Positions 21,030 to 33,836 of a stretch of 64,000 nt of DNA are shown piece by piece (the first letter of the stretch is position 1; every line of letters starts with the position of its first letter). The translations under genes were made by a program, and so were the position numbers. This DNA is from Candidatus Freyarchaeum deiterrae (GTDB taxonomy: Archaea > Asgardarchaeota > Jordiarchaeia > Jordiarchaeales > Jordiarchaeaceae). Below the pieces are notes generated by a model. That model worked only from the letters and a program-made list of their open reading frames with translations, was not told the DNA's origin and ran no database searches. The DNA is taken from contig CP147778.1 of the NCBI GenBank assembly GCA_037305845.1, positions 3,264,001 to 3,328,000 of the forward strand. The letters are read 5' to 3'.

Positions 21030-21467
21030 ATGAAGTTAAAAAGTAAGGATTTTGAACATGAAGGAATGATACCCTCAAGGTTCACATGTGACGGCGAGGA
21101 CGTTTCACCGCACCTGGAGTGGAGTGAGGTACCAGCGGGAACCAAGAGCTTCGCGTTAATTGTAGACGATCCCGATGCCCCCGTGGGACTCTGGGTTCAC
21201 TGGTTGATGTGCGACATCCCTCCAAAGGTGAAAGAGATTCCGCAAAGAAGCGTACCAAGAGGAGCAAGGCAGGTCCAAAACGATTTCGGAAAACCACAAT
21301 ACGGTGGTCCATGTCCACCCAGCGGTATACATAGATACTTCTTTAAGCTCTACGCATTGAATGTCGAAAAATTGGAAGGTGCCAACGATAAGAAAAGCTT
21401 CTACAAGAAAGTAGAGGCGAATAAGATAGGCGAAGCAGTTCTAATGGGAAAGTATAAACGAAAATAA
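21030..21467 (+). CDS. YbhB/YbcL (PEBP/RKIP-like) protein
   Basis: 'DDPDAP...WVHW', 'YGGPCPP.G.HRY.F.LYAL'. Confidence 0.95.
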   Translation: MKLKSKDFEHEGMIPSRFTCDGEDVSPHLEWSEVPAGTKSFALIVDDPDAPVGLWVHWLMCDIPPKVKEIPQRSVPRGARQVQNDFGKPQYGGPCPPSGIHRYFFKLYALNVEKLEGANDKKSFYKKVEANKIGEAVLMGKYKRK

Positions 21468-22050
21468 TCTATTAACTAGAACTCAAATGTTTATCAATCC
21501 GTGTGAATAGTACTGAAAAAAACCCGAACTTTTCAAAATCCTTTTTATTTTTAATTTGGAAGGGTAAGCATTTTGGTTCACCGGTTCTAGTTTATTTAAC
21601 TGATTTTTGAACTAATGAAATTCTCTGAAGATAATAATGTCGTTATTATGACTAGCTTATATTTACTGTTAATTAATCGGTAGAGAATGTGCTAAATTGG
21701 TTATTCTTATCCAATTTTGTATAGTTTGCAGACTTTAAAGATGTGGAAATATTTTCCATAACTCTTTTCAAGAGGATTTCGAATTCATTGGTGGGTAATG
21801 AGAAAATATTGGAAAACCCGCAGAGAAATTGAAAATCTTTGCGAATTTTGCGAAAAGTGTGGCACTTTAACCATAAATATTATAAACTATAACTTCCTAA
21901 TAACGAAATTGACAACGACACGAAACTCAATAAAATAATTGAGAAAGAGATTTATACGCATGAAAAAGGTGACCCCTACCCGTATAATCTTCTTACCAAA
22001 ACGGCAATTGCGGGGAAACATAATAATTTAAATATATGTGGTTAACGCCC

Positions 22051-22752
22051 ATGACTGAATCCAAAACTGTGAACAAACTAGAAAAAGAATGCATCATAGA
22101 AGGGCAGTTCGATAGCCCAACTGCAATAGGCTTCATAAAAGCTGCAATCACCGAGATCGCGAAGATATACGGTCCCATTTTCAACCGGACGGTCGCCGGG
22201 TACGCACTGGATTTTGAGTCAAGGATGCTTAAAGAGAATCCACCAGAAAACATACAGGGACTAGAGGCAGTAATAACCTACATCGTGGCTAATCTAAACC
22301 GTTACCCCATGGGACACTGCGCCCTGACCTATGGTCTCTTAAAATCGGAGAACAGGTTTGAGGGAGGAACTGGAACCCGAAGGGCCGCATATGGTGCTAT
22401 TAAAGCCATACTCGAGTCCACTGGTATGCTGAAAAGTTTAGTTGGAACTACTAAAAATGCATACGAAGCGCTCAAAGCGTTGCCTGTTAAACAAATTAAA
22501 CAGGTCACTCGATATCATTACATTAGAAATGAAGAGAAAAACGAAGTAATACCGATATACTCTAATTGTCCATACAAGGACAGTTGCCTAGCTTTAGTGG
22601 ATGAAGGAATATCACGTATAATCGGAGGCTTTCATTGCACACTTCTAAACTGTGCATTGGCTACTGTAGAAATCGTCACAAAAGAACACTTCGACTACGC
22701 GCTAGAAGAATTCGACAAACCTGATTGCAGAGGAAGAATATTCGAGGCTTGA
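22051..22752 (+). CDS. Cys-rich V4R/H-NOX-clan-like protein, paralog 1
   Basis: 'YP.GHCAL.YG', 'YSNCPYKDSC', 'GGFHC', 'EEFDKPDCRGRIFE' are conserved across the three paralogs; the fold call is inference. Confidence 0.6.
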   Translation: MTESKTVNKLEKECIIEGQFDSPTAIGFIKAAITEIAKIYGPIFNRTVAGYALDFESRMLKENPPENIQGLEAVITYIVANLNRYPMGHCALTYGLLKSENRFEGGTGTRRAAYGAIKAILESTGMLKSLVGTTKNAYEALKALPVKQIKQVTRYHYIRNEEKNEVIPIYSNCPYKDSCLALVDEGISRIIGGFHCTLLNCALATVEIVTKEHFDYALEEFDKPDCRGRIFEA

Positions 22753-23076
22753 ACACAAACGCAACTTTGCTGCATTCCTTCCTTTTTCCTTAATTTTTTA
22801 CTCACAAAGAGGGGGCTGAACGATTTTTCTGATTTTTGTGAGTTAAGCTTTATTTAAAAATTTTTGAAAATATTTTTAGTACATAAATTTTATAAAATAT
22901 AACAAACTAATAATAAATAACCACAATGACAAAACCTTAAGTATAATATATTGAGTCAAGTGATTCAAAAGAATTAATAAGGCGATTTATACCCAATTAT
23001 AATACTATAGTTTCTGCGACTGAAACGACAATTGTGAGGAAGTACAATATTTTGAAAATAGATAGGGTGGATTTTC

Positions 23077-23853
23077 ATGACTAAATCTGAAGATTATTCC
23101 AAATCTAAAAATTTGCCTAATTCTGAAAATGAATTCAAAATAAAGGGAGAAATCGATCACAAACTTATCGTATTGATGTCAAAAGCGATTATTCAGGAAA
23201 ACGCAAAGCTTTACGGTCCTGTTTACCCGCGGCTAGTTTCTGAGTACGCGCTCAAGTTTGAGTCCGAGAAACTAAAAGAGACGACACCCGAAAACATTCA
23301 GGGACTAGAGGCAGTAACGAACTACATCATAAAAAATCTGGACCGGTACCCCCAAGGGAACTGTGCCCTAGTCTACGGTATTGAGAAATCGGAAAGTCGG
23401 CTTCAGGGATACTCGGGAACAGCAGCATCAAGGAGAGCTTCCTATAGCCTCCTAAAAAAAATGATCGAGGGCATGGGCCTAGTAAAAGCTTCAGTTTTAA
23501 TGAATGAACATATATTAGAAATAGAAAAAGCGTATTTTACTAAACTTCTTGGTGCTAACTTCGCAGATGTAGAATTTGCTGTTAACAAAGCTAAAGACAA
23601 AAAGGTTCAACGGATGAAATATATTAGAGTTGAAGGAAAAAATGAAGCAATCTTAGAATACTCTAATTGTCAATACAAGGACGCCTGCTTGGCTGTAGTG
23701 AAAGAGGGAATAAAACGCCCGATCGGAGGTTTTCAGTGCGAACAGCTATTTCTCGATAATGTTCGCATAGATATCATTACAGGAAAACACTTCGACTACG
23801 TGCTGGATGAATTCAACAAGCCCGATTGTAGAGGAAGATTATTCGAGGCCTAA
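23077..23853 (+). CDS. Cys-rich V4R/H-NOX-clan-like protein, paralog 2 (divergent, central insertion)
   Basis: Same motifs, with extra segment 'NEHILEIEKAYFTKLLGANFADVEF'. Confidence 0.6.
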   Translation: MTKSEDYSKSKNLPNSENEFKIKGEIDHKLIVLMSKAIIQENAKLYGPVYPRLVSEYALKFESEKLKETTPENIQGLEAVTNYIIKNLDRYPQGNCALVYGIEKSESRLQGYSGTAASRRASYSLLKKMIEGMGLVKASVLMNEHILEIEKAYFTKLLGANFADVEFAVNKAKDKKVQRMKYIRVEGKNEAILEYSNCQYKDACLAVVKEGIKRPIGGFQCEQLFLDNVRIDIITGKHFDYVLDEFNKPDCRGRLFEA

Positions 23854-24174
23854 ACCCAAAATCATCTCTTTATCACATCCATCCTTTTTCTTAGATTTTC
23901 CCTTCCAAGTGGGGATTGAACGATTTTATGGTTTTCCATGGACTCGGTTCTATTTAGGAAATTTTTTGAAACTATTTTTCAACAGTAAATTTTATAAAAA
24001 AATAAAACTCTAATAATAAGTGACCACAATGACAAAATCTCGGTAAAGCGTATTGAGATATGCAGCTCATAAGAATTAAAAAATAGCTTATACCCAACTA
24101 TACCATGGTCTAAATAAAGGAAACGACAACTGTGAGGAAATATACTAACTTAAAAATAAATTAGGTAGATTGCC

Positions 24175-24882
24175 ATGAATAAACCTGAAAATGCATCTAA
24201 ACTTGAAAAGGAATGCATCATAGAAGGAGAGTTCGATATCAGAGTTTCTATATTTCTTGCAAAAGCGGCGATAGAGGAGATCGCGAAGATGTACGGCCCC
24301 ATTTTCACACGGATGGCCACCCAGTACGCACTGGAGTTCGAGTCGAAAAAGCTCAAAGAGAAGCCACCCGAAAACATCCAGGGACTGGATGCAACAACAA
24401 ACTACATCATAGCAAATCTGAACCGGTACCCCACAGGGCAATGTGCCCTAGTCTACGGTCTCAATAGAGCAGAAAGCAATCTGCAGGGCTTCTCTTCGTC
24501 AGGGGCCAAAAGAGGAGCCTATAAAGCTATGAAAACCATGTTTGAGCACACTGGTATGCTAAACAAATTAGTTGGAACTACTGAAGACGCATACGATGCA
24601 CTCAAAGCGTTGCCCGTTAAAGAAATGAAACAGGTTACTCGATATCACTATATAAGAATGGAAGGAAAAAATGGATTAAACGTAATATATTCTAATTGTC
24701 CGGCCAAGGACGCCTGCAAGGCTTTGGTGGACGAGGGAATATCACGCATGATTGGAGGTATGCACTGCATACTTCTAAACTGCGCCTTGGCTGCAATAGA
24801 AATCATTACGAGAAACCCCTTCGATTACGCGATGGAAGAATTCGACAAACCCGATTGCAGAGGAAGAATATTCGAGGTCTAA
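24175..24882 (+). CDS. Cys-rich V4R/H-NOX-clan-like protein, paralog 3
   Basis: Same motifs; closest to paralog 1. Confidence 0.6.
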   Translation: MNKPENASKLEKECIIEGEFDIRVSIFLAKAAIEEIAKMYGPIFTRMATQYALEFESKKLKEKPPENIQGLDATTNYIIANLNRYPTGQCALVYGLNRAESNLQGFSSSGAKRGAYKAMKTMFEHTGMLNKLVGTTEDAYDALKALPVKEMKQVTRYHYIRMEGKNGLNVIYSNCPAKDACKALVDEGISRMIGGMHCILLNCALAAIEIITRNPFDYAMEEFDKPDCRGRIFEV

Positions 24883-25113
24883 ACGCAAAAGAATCTTTTT
24901 CTGTTCCTTCTTTTTTTTTACCTTAATTTCCTATAAAGCATTTTTGGGTCTCTTGTAAACATAGTCCACATTTTCTCGTTTGTCTCCAAATTTTAAGGCA
25001 TTAAAGATATGGTTGACTGCCGACATTTAAACGATAGTAGGTAAATTTTTAGCGTAGTTCTGAAATATTTTTTTAAAGATATTAGAATGGAAAAATTGAA
25101 GGTGGATTGTTTA

Positions 25114-26790
25114 ATGTCTGCTGAACTGAGGAGTAGGAAGGTTTATGGTCAGGCTGAAGGTTTCATGGCGAGGACTCTGCTTAAAGCTTGCGGCTTTACC
25201 GACGAGGAAATAAATCAACCACTGGTGGCTGTGGTTAACAGCTGGACCAATATCGTACCTGGACACGTGCACCTTAATACAGTGGCGGACGCTGTTGAAG
25301 CAGGAATAAGAATGGCCGGGGGCACCCCACTTCAATTCCACACAATTGCGGCTTGTGACGGCATCGCCATGGGACACGAGGGCATGCGATACCCTCTTCC
25401 TAGTAGAGATTTGATAGCGGCTTCTATAGAGATGATGGTGGAAGCGCACAAACTCGACGCCATGGTTCTAATAGGCTCATGTGACAAGATAGTCCCAGGA
25501 ATGTTAATGGCGGCGGGTTACCTCGACATTCCATCCATTATCGTTAACGGAGGACCCATGCTAGCCGGGTGTTACAGGGGAGAGAAAATAACCGGGAGAA
25601 GAGCTTTAGAAATGCAATTCCTAAGTGTTATGCTAGGTCCATCCCCTGAGATAGAGAAGCAATCGAGAGAAATATCTGAGGTTGTGGTACCGGGTTGCGG
25701 CTCCTGTCAGGGTATGTACACCGCAAACACCATGGGATGCCTAACCGAAACTCTGGGAATGTCGTTAACCGGTTCTGCTACCATTCCTGCGGTTGATGCT
25801 CGAAGATTGAGGGTAGCTAAACATTCTGGGATGCAAATAATGAAACTTATAGAACAGGACATTCGACCCCATGATATAATGACCTACGAAGCATTCGAAA
25901 ACGCTATTCGAATAGACATGGCACTAGGTGGTTCAACAAACACTGTGCTTCATCTACCCGCGATTGCCTCCCAGGTAAATGTAGACCTGCCCCTAGAATT
26001 ATTCGATAAAATCGGGAAGGAAACTCCCCACCTCTGCAACATGGACCCCAGCGGACCCTACACAGTGCAGGAGCTAGACGAGGCTGGCGGAATACCCGCA
26101 GTGCTCAAAGAATTAGGAGACGATATTCATAGAGATGCACTGACAGTTACTGGAAAAACTATCGGAGAAAACATAAAAGACGCCGTGGTGACGAACAAAG
26201 AAGTAATTAGACCGAAAGATAACCCGGTCCACGAAGAGGGAGGACTCGCCATCCTAAAAGGAACACTAGCACCTAATGGTGCGGTGGTCAAACAGGCTGG
26301 TGTAGATCCAGGTATGCTAAAGTTCGAAGGCAAGGCCAGAGTCTTTGACGCCGAAGAAGACGCTCAAGCAGCAATCATGGGCCGGAAAATAAATTCTGGA
26401 GAAGTCATAGTGATAAGATACGAGGGACCGAAGGGAGGACCGGGAATGAAAGAAATGCTCAAACCCACCGCCGCACTAATAGGAACAGGACTCGGAAACA
26501 GCGTCGCGCTGGTCACAGACGGCAGATTCTCAGGAGCCACCAGAGGACCATGCATCGGACACGTAGACCCTGAAGCCATGGAAGGAGGACCCATAGCACT
26601 GGTAAAAGAGGGGGATATCATCTCAATAGACATACCAAACCGCAAACTCGACCTAAAGGTTCCCAAGGAAGAATTGCAAAAACGATTGAAGCAATGGAAA
26701 CCCCCAGAACCCAAAGTAAAAAAAGGAGTACTAAACGTCTACTCAAAAATCGTCAAACCAACCTCCAAAGGTGCGGGATTCCTGTATTAA
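25114..26790 (+). CDS. ilvD: Dihydroxy-acid dehydratase
   Basis: '[11 protein letters not shown]', 'CDKIVPG', '[12 protein letters not shown]', 'GGSTN', '[13 protein letters not shown]', 'TDGRFSG'. Confidence 0.95.
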   Translation: MSAELRSRKVYGQAEGFMARTLLKACGFTDEEINQPLVAVVNSWTNIVPGHVHLNTVADAVEAGIRMAGGTPLQFHTIAACDGIAMGHEGMRYPLPSRDLIAASIEMMVEAHKLDAMVLIGSCDKIVPGMLMAAGYLDIPSIIVNGGPMLAGCYRGEKITGRRALEMQFLSVMLGPSPEIEKQSREISEVVVPGCGSCQGMYTANTMGCLTETLGMSLTGSATIPAVDARRLRVAKHSGMQIMKLIEQDIRPHDIMTYEAFENAIRIDMALGGSTNTVLHLPAIASQVNVDLPLELFDKIGKETPHLCNMDPSGPYTVQELDEAGGIPAVLKELGDDIHRDALTVTGKTIGENIKDAVVTNKEVIRPKDNPVHEEGGLAILKGTLAPNGAVVKQAGVDPGMLKFEGKARVFDAEEDAQAAIMGRKINSGEVIVIRYEGPKGGPGMKEMLKPTAALIGTGLGNSVALVTDGRFSGATRGPCIGHVDPEAMEGGPIALVKEGDIISIDIPNRKLDLKVPKEELQKRLKQWKPPEPKVKKGVLNVYSKIVKPTSKGAGFLY

Positions 26791-26999
26791 ACACCTCTTT
26801 TAAAAAACAGTTGCCCGTAGAGTAACAACATTACCTTTTTTTTACTTACTAAACTTAGTCATTCCTTAGTTAATCTTACTTGTGAATGCGAGTGTAAGAC
26901 CAGTGGACAGCGTTGGGAGCATTGCTCTGGATAGAGTATTAAATCGGTCGGATGAATCACTATTAGAATAAATGGCAATGAAAGTTTTAGCAAATGAAT

Positions 27000-27980
27000 T
27001 CATATCCTGGATTTAGAGATTTCCTGTTCACTCATTGGTGCCACAGTTATCTTTCTTGTGGGTTTTAGTCTTCCATATTTTACCAAAACCTCGTCTCCTT
27101 CGGCGTCAGAGTATGCCGCTGTTAATCTTGCGGCAAATTCTATTGCTTTATTTAACTTTTTGTCTTGAAGAATTGTTAAGGGACTCCCACAATCAGGGAC
27201 TTCAAACACATAGTCTGTTTTGTTCTTCAATCTGAGAAGGATTCTATTTTCCGCCTCATTTCTTCCAACTATAGATTTATTTTCGTCGAGTCTAAAATGC
27301 CTTCCAAATTTTAGAAGTTCTACATCATGTAGGGTGACTCTCTTCTTGTGCTTGAACAAATCTCTTACTTTGTTTGCAAATTCTTTATACGTTAATAAGC
27401 AGCCTCCAGAGGGGCAGGGATAATCGGCTATTTCTAATTTTTTAGCCAGAGCTATCTGTGGTTTTCTGCTTCTTCCTCTAATATCTAAGAGCTGGTTTCT
27501 GTCAACCCAGCCCATTTTCTCTGCTTCTGTTTCCGGCAATAATTTTGCGGATAACGGTCTAACAATTTTGCCGTCAAGTCCGGCTTCCCTTTCTATGATT
27601 TTCAATGTTTTATAATGCTGACTCATCGGTCTTTCATCAAGAACCTCTCCGGTAAAAATAAATTGGGCTCCTATTTCTTCAGCGTACTCTTTCGCCTTTT
27701 TTAACATGAAAATTCTGCAATCTACACAGGGGTTCATCCCTGAACCGTAGCCAAATTTTGGTTTCCTTAATATCTTTAAGTAGTCCTCTCCCTTGTACAT
27801 CGTTTTTAGTGGGATTTTAAATTTTTTAGCGGATTCAAGAGCGTAGCACTTTCCCCCTTGGTCACATAAACAGAATGGTGATGAGAATTTGAGTGCTACA
27901 ACATCTATACCTTGATCCAGAATCAGTTTAACCGCTAGGGTTGAGTCCAGTCCACCGGAGAGTAATGCTACTGCTTTCAT
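27000..27980 (-). CDS. ThiI/MnmA-like PP-loop tRNA thiouridylase with C-terminal NFACT-R-like domain
   Basis: 'LLSGGLDS', 'NPCVDCR', 'TGEVL.ERPMSQ', 'P.GGCLLT', 'GRHFR...IVGRN'. Confidence 0.85.
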   Translation of the reverse strand: MKAVALLSGGLDSTLAVKLILDQGIDVVALKFSSPFCLCDQGGKCYALESAKKFKIPLKTMYKGEDYLKILRKPKFGYGSGMNPCVDCRIFMLKKAKEYAEEIGAQFIFTGEVLDERPMSQHYKTLKIIEREAGLDGKIVRPLSAKLLPETEAEKMGWVDRNQLLDIRGRSRKPQIALAKKLEIADYPCPSGGCLLTYKEFANKVRDLFKHKKRVTLHDVELLKFGRHFRLDENKSIVGRNEAENRILLRLKNKTDYVFEVPDCGSPLTILQDKKLNKAIEFAARLTAAYSDAEGDEVLVKYGRLKPTRKITVAPMSEQEISKSRI

Positions 27981-28235
27981 TTCTATTCTCTCAAAATTTC
28001 AGTCATATTTTATGCACATATTAGCGACGGATAAACGTGGCTGCTCCTTTTTAAAAAGATAATCATCTTCTCTTTTTGGTTCAATTATTCAACTTTTAAG
28101 CGGCTTCTCTTTTGTTGAATTGCTTACAGTCTTATGTATACTAAAAAATATAATTGAAACCCAGGTATTTACCTTTTGAAAATAGTGATAAGTTCGCCTG
28201 GGTTCCCAGTATCAGTTTCACGATTACGGTATCCT

Positions 28236-28604
28236 TTAGAAGCTCAGAACAGCGTCCGCGTCTAACAATAGATCGTTCAGCGTCGCTGCGCCCACAACTT
28301 TAGAATCTTTAACGAATGAGCCTTTGTCTATTCCTAGTAGCATGCAGCTCTGCTCACAAACCTGAAGCTTCACGCCGGCCTTTATTGCTTGATTCATTAC
28401 ATCCTTGAGTGAAGGGAAGCTTCCGAGCTTTATTTTCTCCGCTTCGCCCTTTTTGACTACTGTGACCCCTTTGATGACAAAGTATATGGTTGCGTCAACG
28501 CCCATAGCGGCTGCTGTCGCGCCGAGAATGAATGGAGCGTACAATCTCTCAGGTGTATCCGTTCCGCTGGTCTGAACATACAAGATTTTTTGCTTTTCCG
28601 CCAT
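28236..28604 (-). CDS. DsrE/DsrF-like sulfur relay / peroxiredoxin family protein
   Basis: 'APF.LG.TAAAMG', 'GVKLQVCEQS', 'VGAATL'. Confidence 0.85.
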   Translation of the reverse strand: MAEKQKILYVQTSGTDTPERLYAPFILGATAAAMGVDATIYFVIKGVTVVKKGEAEKIKLGSFPSLKDVMNQAIKAGVKLQVCEQSCMLLGIDKGSFVKDSKVVGAATLNDLLLDADAVLSF

Positions 28605-28621
28605 TTTTTTCTCCTCCATTT

Positions 28622-28830
28622 ATTTGTTTTTTTATGAAAATATGAACTGGTTATGTCTCTTCTAGTGTCGGTTGGTTCCTGTCCGAGCCTTCTGACTGGA
28701 CTATTAATATCCTCCTCCGCAGCGTGGTCGTTTACTGTAACCTACAATATTTCATCAGTGGAAATCTTGTCAATCTCCATCCGGGTTCTAAATACTGGCT
28801 CAGGACAACGGAAACCAGTATAATTTAGTA
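28622..28830 (-). pseudogene. tusA: TusA/SirA sulfur-carrier pseudogene
   Basis: Manual translation gives LNYTGFRCPEPVFRTRMEIDKISTDEIL*VTVNDHAAEEDI...; CPxP motif; TAG at 28742-28744; no in-frame start; shifted C-terminus (VHIFIKK in another frame). Confidence 0.8.
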
Positions 28831-28887
28831 TATTCTGTTTGGTTTTATACTATAAGCTTTTTCTACCTCCTATTTTACATTGTTCAA

Positions 28888-29481
28888 TTATCTTGAAAGC
28901 TGAAAGATTCCTATCTCTCCGAATAAATTTGGAAATATTCTTACCATCCTATTTTTTCTTATAAAAGCCGAATTCTCGATTTTAATGCTTCTCTTATTAC
29001 AAAATTCGATAAAGTCTAAAATGCTCAGAAAGTGCAGGTTCGGTGTATCATACCACTGATAAGGAAGCGCAGGGGTCACCGGAACCCTTCCTCCAAAAAA
29101 TATTTTGAATCTAGTATCCCAGTAACAAAAATTTGGGAAACCGACAATAGTTTTTTCAGCTACTCGCATGGCTTCCTTTAATACAAAACCTGGTTTTTTC
29201 ACTTGCTGAAGACTCTGATTTAGTATGGTATAATTAAAGGACTTATCTGGATATTCAGACAGTCCGGTGTCAATATCCTGTTGAAACACGCTTAGCCCCC
29301 GACTCACACATTCATGGATTTTCTGTTCGTCGATATCTATTCCTTGACCATGAACCTGCTTCACTTTTGTAAGAATAGACAATAACTCTCCGTCACCGCA
29401 GCCAAGGTCCAATACAGATGAATGCTTTGGGATCCATCCAAGAATGATTCCGTGTTCTAATTTAGTATAATCACGTGTCAT
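28888..29481 (-). CDS. metW: Methionine biosynthesis protein MetW
   Basis: 'VLDLGCGDG', 'ILNQSLQ', 'FPNF', '[12 protein letters not shown]'; overlaps the metX end. Confidence 0.93.
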   Translation of the reverse strand: MTRDYTKLEHGIILGWIPKHSSVLDLGCGDGELLSILTKVKQVHGQGIDIDEQKIHECVSRGLSVFQQDIDTGLSEYPDKSFNYTILNQSLQQVKKPGFVLKEAMRVAEKTIVGFPNFCYWDTRFKIFFGGRVPVTPALPYQWYDTPNLHFLSILDFIEFCNKRSIKIENSAFIRKNRMVRIFPNLFGEIGIFQLSR

Positions 29482-30628
29482 TTTTACCAGATACCTCGCA
29501 CCCGTTTAACACGGTTTTTAAGAAATGTTTGATTAGATGTGTTTCTTCCTCGACTTCCAAAAGGAATGCATCATGGCCGTAGGTGGAGTTAATCTCGCAA
29601 TACGTAGCGTCCACCCCTGCCAACTTGCAAGCCTTCACAATTTCTTGGGATTGATATGCTGGATACAGCCAGTCTGATTTGAACGCTATAACGAGAACCT
29701 TGGCTTTTAATCCCTTGAAAATTTCATTGATATTTTTCCCGTTTAAAATATTGAAGTAATCGTTAGCTTTAGTGATGTAGAGATAGGAGTTGGCATCAAA
29801 CCTTCTAACAAAGCTATCTCCTCTGTACTTCAGATATCCTTCTACTTCAAAGTCAGTTCCAAATTTAAACGGCTGTTTGTCAACCGTAAATCGCCTGCCG
29901 AATTTCTCAGTCATTGAAGTATCGCTCATATAAGTTATGTGCCCTACCATTCTGGCTACAGATAACCCTTTGGCTGGTGGTGAATGTCCGTAGTAATTGC
30001 CGTTTTTCCAATCGGGGTCAGCCATAATTGCCTGTCGGCCCACTTCATTGAATGCGATTTGTTGAGGAGTGTGCTTCAAAGTTGTCGCAATGGGGATCGC
30101 GGAGAGTATTCTATCGGGATAAGAAACCATCCACTGTAAAACCTGCATTCCTCCCATTGATCCACCGACTACCGTCAAGAGCTTTTCAATTCCCAGATGG
30201 TCTATCAAGTGACGCTGCGCGTTTACCATATCTTTAATAGTTACTATTGGGAATTCGAGCGCATACGGTTTATTAGTTTTCGGATTTAATGTGGACGGAC
30301 CTGTTGAGCCCTTGCAACCTCCTATCACATTTGAACAAATAACAAAATATTTCTCCGTGTCCAAACCCTTACCAGGCCCTATCATCACATCCCACCACCC
30401 CTGATTTTTATCCCCCTCATGAAATCCTGCTGCATGAGCATCTCCAGAGAAGGCGTGTAGGACTAGGACTGCGTTAGATTTTTGCTCATTGAGTTTGCCG
30501 TATGTCTCGTAAGCCAGAGTGATTGGACCAAGCTTTTCTCCAGATTCAAGAGCTAATTCGTTTGGCGGATTTGCAAATGTAAAATACTTCGTCTCCACGG
30601 TTTCTACACTTTCGCTACATTCAGTCAT
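29471..30628 (-). CDS. metX: Homoserine O-acetyltransferase
   Basis: 'HAFSGD', 'GGSMGG', 'FDANSY', 'GHDAFL'. Confidence 0.96.
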   Translation of the reverse strand: MTECSESVETVETKYFTFANPPNELALESGEKLGPITLAYETYGKLNEQKSNAVLVLHAFSGDAHAAGFHEGDKNQGWWDVMIGPGKGLDTEKYFVICSNVIGGCKGSTGPSTLNPKTNKPYALEFPIVTIKDMVNAQRHLIDHLGIEKLLTVVGGSMGGMQVLQWMVSYPDRILSAIPIATTLKHTPQQIAFNEVGRQAIMADPDWKNGNYYGHSPPAKGLSVARMVGHITYMSDTSMTEKFGRRFTVDKQPFKFGTDFEVEGYLKYRGDSFVRRFDANSYLYITKANDYFNILNGKNINEIFKGLKAKVLVIAFKSDWLYPAYQSQEIVKACKLAGVDATYCEINSTYGHDAFLLEVEEETHLIKHFLKTVLNGCEVSGKNDT

Positions 30629-30686
30629 TATTTATCACCACACAGGAATGCAACAAAAAAATTATGCAGTGCTGCTGCCAGTGATT

Positions 30687-32009
<1,323 letters not shown>

Positions 32010-32318
32010 TTACGCCATTTCTAAATAACCAAGTTATAAGCAAATTAATATTACCTCTATTTATATTTTTCGTATATTTTTATACTTCAGAGTAATAAAT
32101 ATAAGACAATTGAAAAAACCAATCTGATTTTTAGGCCCACTTCAAGCCCCCAACCTCGTATTAACCTCCGAAAAAAAGATAAAAATTGTTTATAGCGAAT
32201 CTTTCAGAGATTATGGCTTACCACAAAAAGTTCACGTAAGTTTAGCGTCTTATTTATATCGTAGTTTTTTCTATTTTATTAATGTAGAACAAGCATTCTA
32301 AGGGGCTAGAGCGTTTTT

Positions 32319-33476
32319 ATGGAGAATCTGGAAAAAATAAAAAGAATGTTAGTGGATTTCTTCAGCCTGGTTTCCCGTTACATAATTGAAATTTACCAAG
32401 TTATTGAAGGAAAGTCCGAGCTTTCTAAAAGTAAACCTGAGAATTATACTTATGGTCAACTTGTCGAAAAATCTAGAAGCTAGGAAAGGTCGACGTTTGC
32501 ATACCTTTACTTCATTGAGGACTTCATAAAGGGAGTTGTCAAGTGGTTTGAGTTCTTTTCCGGTTTGGTTAGTGCGCTAGGCACCAGAGACTATTACCGC
32601 ATTTTATACAGAAAAATCAAACTAGAGGAAGTTATCGACAGTTCCAGAATAGATATAACCTTCCTAAAATTTCAAGTAAAAAGCGTTTTTAACATTAGTT
32701 TTCAAGATCTGAAATCAATTAACACTTCACTATTGGAGAGTTCAAAAAGCGTAAAGGAAAATATTGCTTATTTAGGCTCCGAGTCATTCGAAAGGTTTAT
32801 TGAGGCGGTGGAAAAACAAGCTCGAGGCTGGCTAGACATACATGATGAAATATACCGCTCCCTTCAATCCATCATCGAAGGAACAGACGAACCTAAGAGC
32901 ATAGAAACACTTACCATGGTTATTAATAAGTGTATTAATTTCTCTGAAAAAATTATTGATACACAGAAGTTCATAAAAATTCCAGAACAGGTCTGGGAAA
33001 ACTACATGGCGGACGATTTCATGGATCTCTTTGAGAGATTCAGCGAACTCAAAGAGGATGTAATCAAATTCCAAGAATACCGTACAAAAATGTTTGAACA
33101 TGCCGGTAAATGTTTTCTCCAAATTTTAACCATGCTCTGGGGCACTGAAGAGCTAGCTCGAAAAAAGTTAGAATCACTTGTAAACTCCGAAACAAACGTT
33201 AATGATTTAATACCCGAAAATTTCTCTCTTAAAGACTTGGCATTCGGACTAAGCCTCGCACTCATTGAGTGGGACCAGGCATCAATTGCTTCTCGGGAAT
33301 TAGACAGAAAAAAAGGCGCAATTGACACAATAGCCAATTACATCATAACTGATGATAAACCAAACTGGTACACGGAAACCATAAAGAGAATTGAAATAAG
33401 AAATAAATATGGGGGAGAAATTTATGAAAGAATGTTACAAATTCAAAGCGCAGTCCAAGAAATGATGACCCGTTAA
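32319..33476 (+). pseudogene. All-helical unknown protein, paralog of 33837-35048, interrupted by an in-frame TAG at 32481
   Basis: MENLEKIKRMLVDFF...EKSRS*ERSTFAY... continues in frame into the 32565 ORF and aligns to MGSPEKITSILNDFF...RIRKYV. Confidence 0.75.
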
Positions 33477-33836
33477 AACCTTCAAATCAAATCCTTTTCG
33501 TGTATAATCTTTTGCTCCCGTTTTCTCAATGAAAATAAAACATTAAAACTAAAAGTATGATTCCCGTTATTGGACTGAATAATATATTTTATTTTTGTAC
33601 TTAACCAAGTCGCCATATATGTACTGAAAAACGACTAGTTGTTATTGCATTTTACTAGTATCTTGTACACTAATTATTAGAAAAGCTGAAGAAAATTTGA
33701 CTTTTCTGATTATTTTGATATAAAAAAGTAAATCCACTGTTCAAATGTTAAATATTATTTGGTTTTCATATAAAAACATAACAAATTTATATAACTTTGA
33801 TACATTACTTAATTACCAAATATGAAGGCTTTTTTT

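Noticed and set aside
28742-28744. TAG in tusA as a pyrrolysine codon
   Set aside because: The locus also lacks a start codon and has frameshifts at both ends, which indicates ordinary pseudogenisation.
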